From Candidatus Peribacteraceae bacterium (lineage in GTDB: Bacteria; Patescibacteriota; Gracilibacteria; Peribacterales; Peribacteraceae), in the NCBI GenBank assembly GCA_013140485.1, contig JABFSS010000116.1:1-37495 (forward strand): a stretch of 37,495 bases of DNA, in the 5' to 3' direction. Positions 25,120-33,989 of this stretch are shown here, in pieces (the stretch's first letter is position 1; every line of letters begins with the position of its first letter). Position numbers and translations under genes: made by a program. The notes beneath the pieces were generated by a model. The model was not told the DNA's origin and did no database searches. It worked only from the letters and a program-made list of their open reading frames with translations.

Positions 25120-26541
25120 TTAGACCCGCAAATGTTCGCGATTCACGATGACCTGCTGCCCAATCGCAAACACTGTCGACACTCCCCAGTAGAGCGCCAC
25201 AGCCGCGGGAAATTGAAGAGCGAAGAATCCGATCATAAACGGAAGACCGTAGAGCATCATCTTCTGTTGCATGTCCTGCGATGACATTTCCGCTTTTTTC
25301 GGATTGCCCTTCTCATCGACGTCAATAACTTTTTCTGGGCCGGATGAAGAATCTTGCTTATTCTTTTTTCTCTTCTGGATGCTGAAAGAAAGCTTCATCT
25401 GGAAGAACTGCAGCGCCATCAGAAGCACAGGCATGATGAGCCAGTTCGGCTCCAGAAGATCAAGCCCCAAGAAGCCGGTCCCGAATTGCCACGAGAGATC
25501 TTGGTTGAAGCCGTAGAGAAGGTGTTGTGAAAGCGCGACATCACTCGCGTCACGGATCACATAGAAGAGACCGATCAGAACCGGGAATTGGAGGAGCATG
25601 GGAAGGATGCTCTGGAACGGATTGATCTTGTGCTCTTTCCAGAGATTCATTGTCTCTTCCTGAATCTTCTTGGCGTCGCCTTTGTACTTCGCTTTGAGCG
25701 CCTCGAGTTTCGGCTGGAGCATCTGCATTTTTTTCTGCCCCTCCAGCGCATGCTGCGTGGGGAAGAAGAGCAGGATTTTGACGGCCAACGTGAGGAGAAT
25801 GATCGCGACACCGAGGTTGTATCCCGGCGTCATCGACGCGACGAAAACGAGGAAATTGAGGAAGGGCGCGGAGATGAACGTGCGGAATGTTTTGCGGAAA
25901 ATTCCCGGCTCCACGAGGGAGAAACGCGCGACGTTCTTGGGCACGCTGATCGTCCCCGTGCCGGTTGCCTTCGGTGGCGTGACGGTTGCTCCGGGGAGGC
26001 GGACTTCATACGTTCCCGGCTTCTCAAAGATGGAGTACTTCCATGGCGCGAGGCTGATCGACGCAATCTCTCCGGGCTCGAGAACCGGAACGGATTCGCA
26101 GGCAATCACCGTCTCTCCGGACTGCACGGGCGTGAGTTTTTCATCGGCTTCCCCGGGCTTTTCCACGACGAAGATATCGAACGGAGGATTCGGACAGCGG
26201 TTGGCGAGCGTGTACGGCGTGCCGGAATAGACGACGGCTTTCGCCGTGCACTTTCCCGTTTCGGAAGACACCGTGAAAAACCTGTGTGCCGCGCACCACT
26301 TCGACGCGATCCATCCCGTGATGCCAAAAGATTGTTCGGATGCCGCCTTGTTGGTGAGAGTCACGACCGGATGATTGCCGAGCGTGAAACTGGAACTTGC
26401 GGTGAGCTCGGGACCGGAGACCATCTGCTGCGGCGTTTTCGACGGGAAGAATTGCCCCATGATGAAGTTCATCCCGATATAGAGCGTCAGGAACAACAGG
26501 AGAAATTGGAAGATGCTACTGCGCTTTTGGGGCTCGGCCAT
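25120..26541 (-). CDS. yidC: Membrane protein insertase YidC
   Basis: N-terminal TM plus extracytoplasmic domain; GVAIILLTLAVKILL, LQPKLEALKAKY, LWKEHKINPF..LPMLLQFPVL, PAAVALYWGVS; directly after rnpA. Confidence 0.95.
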   Translation of the reverse strand: MAEPQKRSSIFQFLLLFLTLYIGMNFIMGQFFPSKTPQQMVSGPELTASSSFTLGNHPVVTLTNKAASEQSFGITGWIASKWCAAHRFFTVSSETGKCTAKAVVYSGTPYTLANRCPNPPFDIFVVEKPGEADEKLTPVQSGETVIACESVPVLEPGEIASISLAPWKYSIFEKPGTYEVRLPGATVTPPKATGTGTISVPKNVARFSLVEPGIFRKTFRTFISAPFLNFLVFVASMTPGYNLGVAIILLTLAVKILLFFPTQHALEGQKKMQMLQPKLEALKAKYKGDAKKIQEETMNLWKEHKINPFQSILPMLLQFPVLIGLFYVIRDASDVALSQHLLYGFNQDLSWQFGTGFLGLDLLEPNWLIMPVLLMALQFFQMKLSFSIQKRKKNKQDSSSGPEKVIDVDEKGNPKKAEMSSQDMQQKMMLYGLPFMIGFFALQFPAAVALYWGVSTVFAIGQQVIVNREHLRV

Positions 26542-26899
26542 GGGAACGGGAGGAGAGGAATGCAGAGATGTCGCTCTGAATCTCAGCGAACGGAGCACCT
26601 AGGCTAGTGGAGCGGGGGGCAAGCAACAACTGAGTCGTCGGCAAACCGTCTAGAGTTTTGAGGGCGATACGCAAGCTCTCGCGGCACCGGCGGCGCATGC
26701 GGTTGCGTTTGACGGCGGACTTGTCGAGTTTTGTAGAGGCCAGGGTTCCCACGTAAATGCCCTCAGACGCGCGATTGACCCCCGGATGGCGTGGATGACC
26801 GGGCAACCACCGAACGACCATGTGACGGCCTTTCCAGACGTTTCCCTGCCGTATGAGGCGGTCACAGGTCTTACGGCCACGTAATCGCAGAAGCTTCAT
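26516..26899 (-). CDS. rnpA: Ribonuclease P protein component
   Basis: ASTKLDKSAVKRNRMRRR (RNR motif); overlaps the yidC start. Confidence 0.92.
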   Translation of the reverse strand: MKLLRLRGRKTCDRLIRQGNVWKGRHMVVRWLPGHPRHPGVNRASEGIYVGTLASTKLDKSAVKRNRMRRRCRESLRIALKTLDGLPTTQLLLAPRSTSLGAPFAEIQSDISAFLSSRSHGRAPKAQ

Positions 26900-26900
26900 G

Positions 26901-26988
26901 AATCAATGATCAATCATCAAGTCTCAATCATCAATGCATTTAGATAAACGAGTTTTGTTGATGATTGAGCGGTTGATCATTGATCATT
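26901..26988. repeat. Inverted ~7-mer array (TCAATCA / TGATTGA) in the divergent rnpA/gatC intergenic region
   Basis: aatcaatgatcaatcatcaa...ctcaatcatcaa ... ttgatgattgag..ttgatcattgatcatt. Confidence 0.7.
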
Positions 26989-27015
26989 TCGCGGAGGATC
27001 CCCTATTCTGCGAAC

Positions 27016-27312
27016 GTGACTCAACTTACTGGCGACCAGGTCCGGCATATCGCGAAGCTCGCCCGTCTCCAATTGACCGATGCCGAGGTTGAAAAGTTCG
27101 CCAAGGAACTCACCTCGATTCTGCAATACGTCGACATGCTGCAGGAAGTCGACACCAAGAACGTCCAGCCAACCGCACAGGTAACGGGTCAGTCGAACGT
27201 GTTTCGGGAAGATGTCATTCGCCGGGACGGAACATCGGCGGATTCTTTGCTCTCGTGCAGTCCCCTCCCCCTCGCCGATCATCAGATTGTTTCACCCTCC
27301 GCTCATGGATAG
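27016..27312 (+). CDS. gatC: Asp/Glu-tRNA amidotransferase subunit C
   Basis: VRHIAKLARL, ILQYVDMLQEVDT.NV.PT, FRED; GTG start. Confidence 0.93.
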   Translation: MTQLTGDQVRHIAKLARLQLTDAEVEKFAKELTSILQYVDMLQEVDTKNVQPTAQVTGQSNVFREDVIRRDGTSADSLLSCSPLPLADHQIVSPSAHG

Positions 27313-27316
27313 CTCG

Positions 27317-28774
27317 ATGACCATCGCCGAGGCCCATGACAAGCTTGCTCATCGCGAAGTGAGCTCGACTGAACTGGTTCAAGCCTGCATCGACCGAATT
27401 GAGAAGGTCGACGGAACTCTCAATGCCGTCGTGTATAGGAATTTTGACAAAGCCCTAGATCAAGCCAAAAAAGTCGATAGTGCAGGCAAGTTTGATCACC
27501 CCCTGACGGGAATCCCCTACCTCGTGAAAGACGTGTATTGCGAAGAGGGCGTTCAAACGACAGCCTGCAGTAATGTTTTACGTGAAAAAAATTACATTCC
27601 GCCATTTGACTCGACCACATCGAAGAGGCTTAAAGCAGTGGGTGCCATCAGCATCGGCAAAACGAATACCGATGAATTCACGATGGGAGCCTCCACGGAG
27701 ACTTCCTGCTATGGCGTCACAAGAAACCCGTGGGATACCACCCGGGTCGCCGGAGGCTCCTCGGGAGGCTCTGCCGCGGGCGTTGCCGCAGGCGAGGGAA
27801 TTTTCGCATTAGGAACGGATACCGGCGGTTCTATTCGCCAACCGGCGGCCTTTTGCGGCATCACGGGTCTTCGAGTGACCTACGGCCGCACGAGTCGCTA
27901 CGGAGTGATGAGTATGGGCAGCTCGATTGATACCATCGGACCGCTCTGCAGGAATGTGGAGGATTTGTGCATCGTGACGCAAGCGATAGCCGGTAAGGAT
28001 CCCCTGGATGCGACTACGGGCGACGTTCCTGTCCCCGATTACCGTTCCGAACTGAAGAAAGGAGTGAAGGGGCTGCGTGTGGGTATACCCAAGGAGTACT
28101 TTTTGGAGGGCATGAATGCTGAGGTGGAGGCCTCCGTGAAGGCCGCCACGGAGGTGTTCAAAAAACTCGGCGCAACGGTGATAGATATTTCCCTGCCACA
28201 CACGAAATATGCCACGGCAACGTACTATGTTATCTGCCCGTGCGCAGTGAGTTCGAACATGGCCCGATACGACGGCATTCGGTACGGGCATACGGCGGAT
28301 AAGCCGCAGAATCTTCTCGAGTATTACGAGTGTGTACGCAGCACCGGCTTCGGTGCCGAAGTGAAGCGCCGCATCATGATCGGAACGTATGCGCTCTCGG
28401 CCGGGTACGTTGATCAGTATTACCGACAAGCGCAGAAAGTCCGGACGCTCATCAAGAAAGACTTTGACGATGCATTCCGGACCGTAGATGTGATCGTCTC
28501 GCCGGTCTCCCCCACTCCGGCATTCACTATCGGAGCGCATGACGCAAATCCGATCGACATGTATCTCGAAGATATCTTTCTCACGAGTCAGGTCATGGCG
28601 GGCATCCCCGCACTCTCCGTGCCCTGTGGATTTTCCAAAGCACAGGGCTCCGTCCCCGCTCTCCCGCTCGGACTCCAGATCATGGGAGCGCAATGGCAGG
28701 AAGCAACCATCCTCCGTGCTGCACATGCGTACGAACAGGCGACGGAGTGGCATATGAAGAAACCCGTTCTATAG
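27317..28774 (+). CDS. gatA: Asp/Glu-tRNA amidotransferase subunit A
   Basis: GKTNTDEFTMGASTE, GGSSGGSAA, GTDTGGSIRQPA, SNMARYDG, EVKRRIMIGTYALSAGY; alternative start at 27305. Confidence 0.97.
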   Translation: MTIAEAHDKLAHREVSSTELVQACIDRIEKVDGTLNAVVYRNFDKALDQAKKVDSAGKFDHPLTGIPYLVKDVYCEEGVQTTACSNVLREKNYIPPFDSTTSKRLKAVGAISIGKTNTDEFTMGASTETSCYGVTRNPWDTTRVAGGSSGGSAAGVAAGEGIFALGTDTGGSIRQPAAFCGITGLRVTYGRTSRYGVMSMGSSIDTIGPLCRNVEDLCIVTQAIAGKDPLDATTGDVPVPDYRSELKKGVKGLRVGIPKEYFLEGMNAEVEASVKAATEVFKKLGATVIDISLPHTKYATATYYVICPCAVSSNMARYDGIRYGHTADKPQNLLEYYECVRSTGFGAEVKRRIMIGTYALSAGYVDQYYRQAQKVRTLIKKDFDDAFRTVDVIVSPVSPTPAFTIGAHDANPIDMYLEDIFLTSQVMAGIPALSVPCGFSKAQGSVPALPLGLQIMGAQWQEATILRAAHAYEQATEWHMKKPVL

Positions 28775-28856
28775 ATCAACTTCATTTGATTTTTGGAATT
28801 TATTTTTTTTGCTTCGTCTGACGGTGAAAAAAGTTTAAATCTCAAACACCAAAAAT

Positions 28857-29441
28857 CTATCGGAAGAGCCAACTCAGTACCCCCTTCTTCGGAGCCTCCG
28901 TGGAGTCCTTCTTGAAGACTCCATGCTTGGCCTCCATGACTTTCTTTTTTGTGGCTCTCTTGATCTCGATGGAGGGCTCCATGGAGGGTGTGTCGACGGT
29001 GACCGGAGTAGGGGATTCAGCAGCCGGCGGAGCGAGTCTTTGTTGCAAGGATCCCATGAGAATGTTTCCTTCGCGTAATCTGTCATTCAATGACTGGATG
29101 ACATCCCACTGCTTTTCGATTTGCTGGTTCTTGAGATCGAGCTCACGGCGGAGAATTTTCAAAATGTCTTCCGTGAGGCCCGATGACGAATCCGAGTGCG
29201 ATTTTTTCTCTACTGTCGGGGCTGAAGCAAAATTCCTCAGAAGGACGTCTTCTCGGATCTTCCAGGTGAAGTTTTCTCCTTTCTTCTTGAACGCATCGAC
29301 TTCCTTTAGTGACGGCTCGATCCCCGCACGGTCCGGATGCGACGCAGCCTCGGCGATCGTCTTGATCAAGCGGCGGACGGTGCTGTGAGAACGACCTGTC
29401 CTGGTTGCCGCTTCGGCGATGGTTAAGAGGGGAGTAGTCAT
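28857..29441 (-). CDS. HTH / coiled-coil / amphipathic C-tail protein (RacA- or DUF536-like architecture)
   Basis: LTIAEAATRTGRSHSTVRRLIK HTH; heptad region LRRELDLKNQQIEKQWDVIQSLNDRLRE; tail KKGVLSWLFR. Confidence 0.8.
   Translation of the reverse strand: MTTPLLTIAEAATRTGRSHSTVRRLIKTIAEAASHPDRAGIEPSLKEVDAFKKKGENFTWKIREDVLLRNFASAPTVEKKSHSDSSSGLTEDILKILRRELDLKNQQIEKQWDVIQSLNDRLREGNILMGSLQQRLAPPAAESPTPVTVDTPSMEPSIEIKRATKKKVMEAKHGVFKKDSTEAPKKGVLSWLFR
28896..28986. repeat. CTCCRYGGAG palindrome cluster in the 3' end of the HTH gene
   Basis: ctccgtggag 28896, ctcgatggag 28965, ctccatggag 28977; partial ctccatg at 28919 and 28932. Confidence 0.7.
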
Positions 29442-29443
29442 GG

Positions 29444-29511
29444 GCTCCAAACTACCCTCCACGGAGCCTCCATGGAAGCCTCCAGACTGCGAATGACTAG
29501 CCTCCACGGCA
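29444..29511. promoter_or_regulatory. CTCCRYGGAG palindrome cluster upstream of the HTH gene (putative binding sites)
   Basis: ctccacggag 29457, ctccatggaa 29468, ctcca 29480, ctccacggca 29502. Confidence 0.65.
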
Positions 29512-29534
29512 TCCTGATTGGATTATTGCATTCG

Positions 29535-31217
29535 TCAGTACGTGTGCTGCTCATAGCACTGCACGCAGTAGACCTTGTATCCGCGTGCCGGATCAAACGA
29601 CGAAGGTGTGGGCTTTCCGCAGTTCTGGCACTGCACCTCCCAAAGCTTCTGCGGATTACGCCGCTGCATGCGGATTTCGTTGCGCTCGTCCTGGTGCAGG
29701 CGAGGCAACGCGCGGCCGCGCGAACGGAGGTACTCGAATTCTTTCGGCATGATCTGATATGGCCGCCCTGTTTTTTCGCACCGAAGCACCTGCTTGCAGA
29801 TGGATACGTCCACCGCGGCATCGTCCTGAGGCAACGCCTGCATCGTGCCGGAGTAGCTCTGCTTCCGTTCCCAATCGAGGTGGGTATCTTCTTCGTACAG
29901 CCATCCGCGCGCCTGAATCTGTTCTTTGGTGAGGGGGAAGTACTTCTGCGCGACGGTGAAGTTGTAGGGGAAAGGGGAGAGGCGGGCGGGGAAGAATTCT
30001 CCCCACTCGCCGGTCGACTGCATGTGCGCGATGATGCGCGGGAGAAGGCTGAGGTACTCGTCTTTGGTGTACTGCTTGTTGAGGATGCAGTACTTGTGGT
30101 GGTGCAGCGATACGCATCCAAACACGTCGCGGCACGAGATGCAGTATTCGCTGTAGTGCGTATCGTGGCTGAAGTGACAGAGGATGGTGGAGATACACGA
30201 ATGCTGCCCGAACGCCGAGAAGCCTTCGTACAGCTTTTCGATCCTCCCGAAGAAATCCATGTCCTGGCACGTCCGTCCCTCGAAGCCGAAGCTCGAGTGG
30301 GACACGTCATCGCATTTCTCCAGATCGAAACTGTTGGTGCAGCGCAGGCAGCGCCACAGCCGGTCGCCGGTGACGCTCTCGCTCTGGATATTCTTGACGC
30401 CGCAATGGGGGAGTCGTCTGCGCATCGCTTCGTAGCGCATTTGGAACTCGGTCCACGCCTCCGGATTTTGTTTCAGCTCCTGTACTTTGAGTTTGTAGTC
30501 CTGCTCCGACATGCTCTCGTTGAGCACGTAGTACTTTTTGTGGCGCAGGCCCACGCACCCCAGACAGTCGGAACACCCTTTGCAGTCGTAACAGCTCTCG
30601 CAGTCCATCATGTTCTCGGAGCTGTCGACGTTGTAGCAGTTGAAGCAGACGCGCGCGTCCACACACGAGTGGCAGAGCTCGCAGTCGTAGGAAAGCGAAC
30701 AATCGAAACAGTCCCGGCAGCGAATAGCCCAGTACGTGAAATAGCATCCTTCGCACAGGTCGCTGCCGATGGCCAGGTAGCAGTCTTTGTTGGAGACGCA
30801 GTGATTTCCGTAGAGCGCGTTCTCCACGTTGGTATTGTGGAGATTCGGCCGCGGCACCACGGCCTTGAGTGCCGCGAATTGCTCGAAGAACGGCCTCGAG
30901 AAATCGTAGTCGCGCCCAAAGTGCAGCGGATCCATTTTGTCGTAGTCCCACCAGGAGCGTTGCTCAAACGTGACGATTTTCTTTACGGATTCCTGCGGAT
31001 AGAGGGCGATTATCCTGACGCCCGATTGGTCGCATGTCCGGTAATACATGTGCCGCTCATTGCGGAACGCGAGCCGGCGCTGACGACGACACTGCGGACA
31101 ATTGCGCGGCGGCCCGGGGAGTCCCATCTCGCGGAGGAATTCCTGTTCCGGCTTCTCAACCGAGAACTCTTGGCCGCAGGTGGAACAGGGGGATGCGGAG
31201 AGTGATGTGGGATTCAT
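29535..31217 (-). CDS. Cys-rich protein with terminal CxxC...CxxC zinc ribbons and central Cys repeats (CPR-type family)
   Basis: CSTC...CPQCRRQRRLAFRNER; central periodic Cys tracts; C-terminal CQNC...VYCVQCY. Confidence 0.88.
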   Translation of the reverse strand: MNPTSLSASPCSTCGQEFSVEKPEQEFLREMGLPGPPRNCPQCRRQRRLAFRNERHMYYRTCDQSGVRIIALYPQESVKKIVTFEQRSWWDYDKMDPLHFGRDYDFSRPFFEQFAALKAVVPRPNLHNTNVENALYGNHCVSNKDCYLAIGSDLCEGCYFTYWAIRCRDCFDCSLSYDCELCHSCVDARVCFNCYNVDSSENMMDCESCYDCKGCSDCLGCVGLRHKKYYVLNESMSEQDYKLKVQELKQNPEAWTEFQMRYEAMRRRLPHCGVKNIQSESVTGDRLWRCLRCTNSFDLEKCDDVSHSSFGFEGRTCQDMDFFGRIEKLYEGFSAFGQHSCISTILCHFSHDTHYSEYCISCRDVFGCVSLHHHKYCILNKQYTKDEYLSLLPRIIAHMQSTGEWGEFFPARLSPFPYNFTVAQKYFPLTKEQIQARGWLYEEDTHLDWERKQSYSGTMQALPQDDAAVDVSICKQVLRCEKTGRPYQIMPKEFEYLRSRGRALPRLHQDERNEIRMQRRNPQKLWEVQCQNCGKPTPSSFDPARGYKVYCVQCYEQHTY

Positions 31218-31576
31218 GAGATGAGGGGGAACGTCGATAATCTGAGTTGGAGTGCGATTTCTGCAGTGAGCTGTGATGCGAGCGTCGCATTCCCCGGATC
31301 GCGCACCGATTTTCCGACGAACTGAAAACAGTTGTAGACGCTGCTGAGAGTCAATCGGTACAGCACGTCCGCAAATGTCGGAATGGTGATTGTGGGATGC
31401 TCCGTGACAAAGAGCGCGAAGGATTCAATGCTGGGGAGTGCAATGCACGCATCTTCATCCATCACCCGGCGGTCGACGTACGCGCGAATCTCCGCACGGA
31501 GAATGCGGTGAAGGTCTTCCAGCTCTTGCCTCGAAAGAAGAGAGCGGGAAGCGAGTGATGTACGGGAGCGGGACAT
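31214..31576 (-). CDS. Hypothetical protein (120 aa)
   Basis: ATG at 31576; its stop overlaps the next start (ATGA), indicating translational coupling. Confidence 0.7.
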   Translation of the reverse strand: MSRSRTSLASRSLLSRQELEDLHRILRAEIRAYVDRRVMDEDACIALPSIESFALFVTEHPTITIPTFADVLYRLTLSSVYNCFQFVGKSVRDPGNATLASQLTAEIALQLRLSTFPLIS

Positions 31577-31704
31577 ACGTATGCGGGAAAATGAAAGAAA
31601 TCGTGAAGAAAAAATTTCAATGTGTGGGCGGTGTACAGAGATCCGAAGATCTCCGAGCACACCGCCCTACGACACATTCACAGGGAGGTCATCACTTTTC
31701 AGTG

Positions 31705-32184
31705 TTAGGCGTGACATAACGCCCTCCAACCCAGACGGAAAAACTTCCATACTGGTTCCAGAAACGACGGCTTCAAATCTGTGGTGTCGATGTAGAACGG
31801 CGGCGGTTCGATGAGCATTGACTTGGTCCCGTCTGCTGATGACGCATGAATCACCAGCATCACGTGGACCCTGACACCTTTCCAGCGCTCACGGACCCGC
31901 TTGATGATTTCCTCTATGATCATCGATGTGGCGGTCTCAAAATCGCGATCCTCTCTCAGTGTGATGCCACTGAGGTTGTAACTGATCATGCTGCCATCAG
32001 CAGGATCACAGTAATCACAGAACTGGTTGTAGCAAGCAGCCGGCCCCCAATTCACTTTGTCGTGAGGATCTGCATGGAATTTGGGGACAACCACATTGCT
32101 AAACAGCCACCTTCTGAATCGCCAATTGATACTGAACGCCAAGGAGAACGGCGCATCTGCAGATAGGACAACTTTCGACTTCAT
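31705..32184 (-). CDS. Hypothetical protein (159 aa)
   Basis: ATG at 32184 preceded by GAAAGGGG. Confidence 0.6.
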   Translation of the reverse strand: MKSKVVLSADAPFSLAFSINWRFRRWLFSNVVVPKFHADPHDKVNWGPAACYNQFCDYCDPADGSMISYNLSGITLREDRDFETATSMIIEEIIKRVRERWKGVRVHVMLVIHASSADGTKSMLIEPPPFYIDTTDLKPSFLEPVWKFFRLGWRALCHA

Positions 32185-32541
32185 CGAGAACCCCTTTCTA
32201 GGTATTGGAGATGACTCTCCCGTGTTTTGAATGATCAGTCGCACCCCACTTGGGTTCCATGGCACACGCCACAGAAGTGAGGGGCCAAGAATCCAGGCCC
32301 ATAGCAGTTCGTGCAAAGGTGAGGCTAAAGCAGAATATGGAGTTTTAAGCTTCATTAAGCCAAAAAACCGCACTTGCGAATGTGTAACTGCAAACCGACG
32401 ACAGGTCTCTGCTTTTTTTCGACCGCATGCTGTTGTTGGAAATGTGACAACAAAACACTGCCGATTTGAACCTGATACTTCCTACTCTTCGTTGCAAAAC
32501 AAGGTATAGTCACAACTAATCCGACACTTCCCACCTCACAG

Positions 32542-33345
32542 ATGATCGAAGCATTTCTGCAGACCCTCGGCCTCAACGAGAATGAAATTAAGATCTACCT
32601 GTACCTGCTCACGCACGGGGAATCGATTGCGAGCATCATCGCCAAGCGCCTCACGATGAAGCGCGCGACCGTGTACCAAGTGCTGGAAACACTGGAGAGC
32701 AAAGAGCTGGTGTCGAGCTTTGAGAAGAATAAGGTGGCGCACTTCGATGCCGTGGATCCGGAGGATATCGTGCGTCTGTGCGAGCAGCGCGTGAGCCAGA
32801 TGCAGCGCATCCGCGAAAAGGCGGACGTACTGAAAGGGGAGTTCAAGAAGCTTCGCGAGCGCGGGAAGATGCCGACACTCGAGATTCGCGGGAAGATCAA
32901 ATACTACGAAGGGATGGATGCCGTCACAGACTTGATCAACGAGACGCTGGAGGAGAAGCACAGCGAGCAGCTCTGCTTCGGACTCAATACGTACCATGCT
33001 GAGCTGGCCGGTGACGATTGGGGGCAGTACACGAAGCTGCGCGTAAAGAAGGGGATGCACGTGAAGAGCATCCAGCCCGATACCGAGGCCGCCATTGAGT
33101 ACAAGTCACGCGACAAAGATGAGCTGCGGGAAACGCTCCTGGTCCCGCACGAGAAATTCCCCGGCCGCTGCGAGATCAACCTGATCGGCAACATGATCGC
33201 GATCTACACCACGCGCGGCCAGTCGCCGATGGGCATGAAGATGTACAACAAAGATATGGCCGAAGCGCTCACAAGCCTCTTTCGATTAGCATGGGAACGG
33301 GCGGAGTTTTATGACAAGAAGAAGCCGAAGGGGAATTTGCAATAA
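32542..33345 (+). CDS. TrmB-family transcriptional regulator
   Basis: LQTLGLNENEIKIYLYLL..G...ASIIAKRL..KRATVYQVLETLESKELV wHTH; KIKYYEG; C-terminal PLD-like effector domain ending LFRLAWE. Confidence 0.9.
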   Translation: MIEAFLQTLGLNENEIKIYLYLLTHGESIASIIAKRLTMKRATVYQVLETLESKELVSSFEKNKVAHFDAVDPEDIVRLCEQRVSQMQRIREKADVLKGEFKKLRERGKMPTLEIRGKIKYYEGMDAVTDLINETLEEKHSEQLCFGLNTYHAELAGDDWGQYTKLRVKKGMHVKSIQPDTEAAIEYKSRDKDELRETLLVPHEKFPGRCEINLIGNMIAIYTTRGQSPMGMKMYNKDMAEALTSLFRLAWERAEFYDKKKPKGNLQ

Positions 33346-33365
33346 TACAGAAAATATTGTATAAT
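33337..33365 (+). promoter_or_regulatory. Sigma70 promoter
   Basis: TTGCAA-17 nt-TATAAT. Confidence 0.75.
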
Positions 33366-33380
33366 ATAGACAACATCCAC

Positions 33381-33521
33381 ATGAGCCTCTCACAAGCCCG
33401 CAGCGGCAAATTCTCTCTCGGTATCTTCCACGATGCCCAGGTGCGGGCGGGCGTCTATCTCTGGCTCGTCATCGCCGGGCTCTGCGTGCTCCTGGCGAAT
33501 ATGGTGGGGGTGGGCGCCTGA
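33381..33521 (+). CDS. Small single-pass membrane protein (46 aa)
   Basis: Manual translation MSLSQARSGKFSLGIFHDAQVRAGVYLWLVIAGLCVLLANMVGVGA*; directly after a near-consensus promoter. Confidence 0.6.
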   Translation: MSLSQARSGKFSLGIFHDAQVRAGVYLWLVIAGLCVLLANMVGVGA

Positions 33522-33627
33522 TTGCCGTTACAGAACAATAATGATACGGTGTGCCGGCTCCTCACGAACACACCCGAGGAGACAAAGGTGACAGCTCTTT
33601 TTTGCATCACGAAGTTCTTTCTATCGC

Positions 33628-33703
33628 GGACTCGTAGCTCAATGGTTAGAGCGCTTCCCTGTCACGGAAGAGGTTGCGGGTTCGAGCCCCGTCGAGTCCG
33701 CCA
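33628..33703 (+). tRNA. tRNA-Asp(GTC)
   Basis: Acceptor GGACTCG/CGAGTCC, D arm GCTC..GAGC, anticodon arm CTTCC-CTGTCAC-GGAAG, TTCGA T loop, encoded CCA. Confidence 0.98.
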
Positions 33704-33720
33704 GAATTTCTTTCCGAAAT

Positions 33721-33954
33721 ATGAATAGTGAAAAAAGCGAACAAAAGGATTTTCTTAAAATGTCAGTAGACGATCTAATGGCACTTGAATTGGGTGCTGG
33801 AGTAGATGCCTCAGCACGATTACGCAATCAGATCGTTAATTTCAAACTTCAAAAACAACTCTTAGAGAAAAATCGGAGTTTGGTATGGGCAACTTGGATA
33901 CTAGCAATCGCGACAATCATTCTTTCGATTCTCACATTATATCTTGGTGCTTAG
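33721..33954 (+). CDS. Small protein with a C-terminal TM helix (AT-rich)
   Basis: 77 aa ending LVWATWILAIATIILSILTLYL. Confidence 0.7.
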   Translation: MNSEKSEQKDFLKMSVDDLMALELGAGVDASARLRNQIVNFKLQKQLLEKNRSLVWATWILAIATIILSILTLYLGA

Positions 33955-33989
33955 AACCAATTTCGGTAGTATTCCTCGATAATACTAAT

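Noticed and set aside
26900-27015. oriC next to rnpA
   Set aside because: No dnaA and no cluster of TTATCCACA boxes seen
28890-29511. CRISPR array from the CTCCRYGGAG repeats or other short arrays
   Set aside because: Units are too short, there are no regular unique spacers, and no cas genes
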